NCBI GenBank assembly: GCA_963693055.1
Contig: OY843751.1
Location: 4,320,001-4,384,000, forward strand
Length of the DNA: 64,000 bases
Direction: 5' to 3'
Source: a bacterium
Lineage (GTDB): Bacteria; Zhuqueibacterota; Zhuqueibacteria; Residuimicrobiales; Krinioviventaceae
Shown: in pieces, positions 60,781 through 64,000 of the stretch
Layout of the letters: each line of letters starts with the position of its first letter
Numbering within the stretch: the stretch's first letter is position 1
The notes under the pieces: generated by a model
What the model saw: the letters and a program-made list of their open reading frames with translations, nothing else
The model's database searches: none
What the model was told of the DNA's origin: nothing
Made by a program: the position numbers and the translations under genes

Positions 60781-62508
60781 TCATCTTAAATCTTTAGCTC
60801 TTAATTGTATGGTTTTTCGCCCCATATATTCATTTTCTTCTATAACATACGCCAGATCAAGATTGCCGTCACCGGGAGATACTCTGTAAAACAGATCACC
60901 CATATTAAATCCTATAACATCTAAAACCTTGCCGTTCTGGCGGACCCTGAATTTCAGGTGGTTTCTGCCAACAATCAGTGGACTACCCACTACCTGCAAC
61001 TGCCGTGAAACGAATATAGGACGCATATTATGTGGTCCAAATGGAGCAAATTTTTTCAACATATTTACAAAACTATCATCAATTTGGTCCAAAGTCAACT
61101 CTGCATCTATAGACAATTTGGGAATAAGTAATTCTTCAGTAATTTTACTTCTTGCAATTTCCTCAAATCGGTCAATAAACACTTGTAAATTCTCTTCTTT
61201 GATCGATAAACCGGCAGCATATTTATGTCCGCCATAGCCGATCAATAAATCCTCGCATTCCTGCAAAGATTCATACAGATCAAAGCCCTGAATACTTCGG
61301 GCAGATGCTTTGCCCACACCTTCTTCAATAGATATCAATATGGTTGGACGATAATATTTCTCAACAATTCTTGAAGCAACTATACCAATAACACCGGTAT
61401 GCCAATTCTGTTTATGCAATACAAGTGAATGGGTTTTTCCATTTCTAAAAAGTTTGTCTGCTTGAAATAATGCTTCGTTAAAGGTCTCTTCATCCACAGT
61501 TTTACGATGTCGGTTTTCAGACTCTATAACCTGGGCAATTTGGGTTGCCTCATTTTCATCAACTGTGGTCAACAGCTTGACTGCACGTTCAGCGTCACCC
61601 ATTCTGCCAACTGCGTTTAAACGGGGAGCAATAATGAACACAATCTGACCAGTTCCAATATCTTTGCCCAGCAATCCGGCAGCTTGAATGAGTGTGCGTA
61701 GTCCAACATTCTCGCTTTCATTCAACTTTTCCAGACCAATCTTGACAAATATACGATTTTCATCAATCAACGGAACGATATCCGCAGCTGTACCAATGGC
61801 TACCAGTTCAATATACTGCTCAAGAATAGACATGTCTATTTCCATGCGCATCAACAGACCCTGAGCAACCTTGTAAGCCACACCTACACCGGCAAGTTCT
61901 TTAAATGGATAAGTAGAGTCACTACGTTTGGGATCAATCACAGCAACCGCGTTTGGCAGATCAGCGCCCGGTTCATGGTGATCAGTAACAATCACATCAA
62001 TGCTGTGCGTTTGGGCTGCATCAATTTGCTCATGACCGGTTATACCACAATCTACAGTTACAATTAGGTTTACACCCAGTTCAAGCGCAAATTTGATGCC
62101 CTTTTCAGACAATCCATACCCTTCAATCTGACGATCAGGGATATAATAATGTACATCTGCCCCCAGCTCTTCAAGCAATAAATAGAGAAAAGATACAGAA
62201 GTAATACCGTCTACATCATAATCCCCATAAATCAAAATCCTTTCGTTGCTTAAAATGGCACGACGTAATCTTTCAACCCCCAAATGCATATCATTCAACA
62301 AAAACGGATCGTACAACTGGTCCAAAGTCGATTGAAAAAACTTTTTGGCACTTTCAATTGTATGCACACCACGTCGAATTAAAATTTGGGCAATGATTGC
62401 AGGCAGCTCGGTCTTTGCGGCCAAATCATAAACAAGCTCCCTGTTTTCATCTTCCAAAACAATCCATTTTAGGTCCATAAACAAGCTCCGGGATTTATCA
62501 AATATCAT
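60781..62508 (-). CDS. recJ: ssDNA exonuclease RecJ
   Basis: GDYDVDG, TVDCG, TDHH, PRLNAVGR, GGHKYAAG. Confidence 0.96.
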   Translation of the reverse strand: MIFDKSRSLFMDLKWIVLEDENRELVYDLAAKTELPAIIAQILIRRGVHTIESAKKFFQSTLDQLYDPFLLNDMHLGVERLRRAILSNERILIYGDYDVDGITSVSFLYLLLEELGADVHYYIPDRQIEGYGLSEKGIKFALELGVNLIVTVDCGITGHEQIDAAQTHSIDVIVTDHHEPGADLPNAVAVIDPKRSDSTYPFKELAGVGVAYKVAQGLLMRMEIDMSILEQYIELVAIGTAADIVPLIDENRIFVKIGLEKLNESENVGLRTLIQAAGLLGKDIGTGQIVFIIAPRLNAVGRMGDAERAVKLLTTVDENEATQIAQVIESENRHRKTVDEETFNEALFQADKLFRNGKTHSLVLHKQNWHTGVIGIVASRIVEKYYRPTILISIEEGVGKASARSIQGFDLYESLQECEDLLIGYGGHKYAAGLSIKEENLQVFIDRFEEIARSKITEELLIPKLSIDAELTLDQIDDSFVNMLKKFAPFGPHNMRPIFVSRQLQVVGSPLIVGRNHLKFRVRQNGKVLDVIGFNMGDLFYRVSPGDGNLDLAYVIEENEYMGRKTIQLRAKDLR

Positions 62509-62526
62509 TCATATACAAATCATATA

Positions 62527-62885
62527 ATACAAAGCAGGTCATAAGCCGAATTCTGTTATCCGCAAATGCGGATCGATGATCATTTATCTGGGATGGCGAT
62601 TGCCCGCCACCTCAAGCGACCTACCCGAGAGTCAAACGAGACGGGCCGCCTCTTCTCTCCTATTTGGTCTTGCTCCGAATGGGGTTTACCCTGCCCCCGA
62701 TGTCACCAACGGGGCGGTGAGCTCTTACCTCGCCATTTCACCTTTGCCCCAAAGGGCTGTATATTTTCTGTGGCACTTTCCCTGCTTCACAACAGGTCCG
62801 CGTTACGGACCATTCTGCCCTGTGGAGTTCGGACTTTCCTCATCCCGCAAAATTGCGGAACGCGATCACCTGCCCTGCTTTGTAT
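62527..62885 (-). ncRNA. rnpB: RNase P RNA (type A)
   Basis: The minus strand carries GAGGAAAGTCCGAACT, AGTGCCACAGAAA, GGTAAACCCC and ACAGAATTCGGCTTA; the P1 ends ACAAAGCAGG/CCTGCTTTGT pair. Confidence 0.96.
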
Positions 62886-62935
62886 ATTAAAATAACAAAT
62901 TACACCAATTTTCAAAGCATATAATTAGCTATTTT

Positions 62936-63685
62936 CTAATTATTTACAGATTGTTCCTCGGCTTCTGGTTTTTTGTTCTTTTCCATATCCCACACCATTA
63001 TTCTACCGCAAACTTCACAATAGTACAATGTATCCATCAACCGAATCTCCAAACCTCGCTGCGGCGGTATACGAGAAGAGCACTCTCTGCATGCACCATC
63101 TTCCAGATAAGATAATGCTCTGCCTCCCCGGTTCACCCGGATACGATCATAAGTATTCAACAAGGGTTTGGATATACCCTTTGACAATTCTTCCCGCTCA
63201 ACCAACAATACGTCTTCTTCTTCTTTGGTTTTTTCCAACATCACTTCAAGGTTCTTTTGTTTATCTACAAACTGTGCTTCCTGTTCCTCAAGTTTTTGGG
63301 TGGTTTCTGTAATTTTCTCTCCCAAAGAGGTCAATGCTTCATCTAGTTCCAATATTTCATATTCATGTTCTTCAATATTTTTTTCACAATTCTCAATTTC
63401 TAATGTCATTGCATCATATTCTTTATTATTTTTCACTTGATATAATTGATCCTGATATTTTTTCAATTTTCCATTCAGCAGCTCAACCTCACCCTCTATC
63501 TGGTGCTTGCGGGTTTCTTTTTCCTTTTTATCAATATTCAACTGATCCAGCAAAAGACGTATACCTTCTATCTCACTTTTCAATTCATTTACTTTTTGAG
63601 GTAAATCTCCTCTTGCTTCCTCCAATGTCTGCAATTTTATATCTACTACCTGCAGGACCATTAATTTTTCCAGGATTTTACGCAA
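62936..63685 (-). CDS. coiled-coil protein with C4 zinc ribbon (DUF164, CT398/HP0958-like)
   Basis: Long coiled coil, NNKEYDA, CREC...CEVCGRI; commonly found next to rnpB. Confidence 0.88.
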   Translation of the reverse strand: MRKILEKLMVLQVVDIKLQTLEEARGDLPQKVNELKSEIEGIRLLLDQLNIDKKEKETRKHQIEGEVELLNGKLKKYQDQLYQVKNNKEYDAMTLEIENCEKNIEEHEYEILELDEALTSLGEKITETTQKLEEQEAQFVDKQKNLEVMLEKTKEEEDVLLVEREELSKGISKPLLNTYDRIRVNRGGRALSYLEDGACRECSSRIPPQRGLEIRLMDTLYYCEVCGRIMVWDMEKNKKPEAEEQSVNN

Positions 63686-63734
63686 TTTAAATTCTCCTTT
63701 TCACGATTATCATATGTTTGTTACGGGCCATAAC

Positions 63735-63770
63735 AAAAAAAAAGTGCACCCAGAATCTGGATGCACTTTT
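63735..63770 (-). terminator. intrinsic terminator upstream of the zinc-ribbon gene
   Basis: Minus strand aaagtgcatccaga-tt-ctgggtgcacttt plus a long T run. Confidence 0.6.
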
Positions 63771-64000
63771 AATATATTGTCAACTGTACAAATTTTTTTA
63801 TTTGACTAATGCGTTGATCACTCTCAAAATCTTTTATTATCATTTTCCTATCCAAAGAACCTCATATAACATTTTATGCATTAAAGTAAAATAATAATAA
63901 ATTTTAAAAGAATCAAGAAAAAATCTCAAAAGTATCAATTAATTACCATAATTGATATTGACCGTCTTTGATTATAACTTCTTTCTTGTTCTGTGAGTAC

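Noticed and set aside
62566-62895. Plus-strand ORFs of 109 and 104 aa
   Set aside because: They are antisense shadows of the RNase P RNA.
1-64000. CRISPR arrays, tRNA and rRNA genes
   Set aside because: No regularly spaced repeats, cloverleafs or rRNA motifs were seen by eye; not confirmed by a covariance search.

Overview
A mostly chromosomal-core window from a moderately AT-rich bacterium. Gene content and order suggest the FCB group, possibly KSB1/Calditrichota-like (inference only). Housekeeping genes include tilS-hpt-ftsH-folP-cdaA, dnaG, trpB2, era, proS, the hpf-hprK-EIIA-EIIB cluster, xerC, smg, secA, nusB, ilvE, recJ and RNase P RNA. The accessory parts are a very AT-rich three-gene island with a KGGVGR-type ParA/MinD ATPase between an IS256 and an IS5, a small AT-rich DUF6602 islet, and a decayed DUF4160/DUF2442 toxin-antitoxin pair with a 294-bp tandem duplication. 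Six signals stand out. (1) SecA is 2076 aa, with about 9 repeated modules in the preprotein-binding domain and about 6 in the helical wing domain. (2) A three-gene module with its own promoter encodes a small secreted precursor ending in a Pro-rich tail, a ~10-TM membrane protein and an ATPase-degenerate Fis-HTH regulator, which may be an undescribed peptide-signalling system. (3) An intact but catalytically eroded TopA sits in the smg-topA-xerC locus. (4) A Trp-rich leader-peptide attenuator controls a stand-alone TrpB2. (5) The IS256 appears to have moved together with an appended MITE-like end. (6) Two further intact pseudo-enzymes are present: the HldE kinase domain and a C45-like Ntn hydrolase. 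All family assignments come from recognising motifs by eye, not from database searches.
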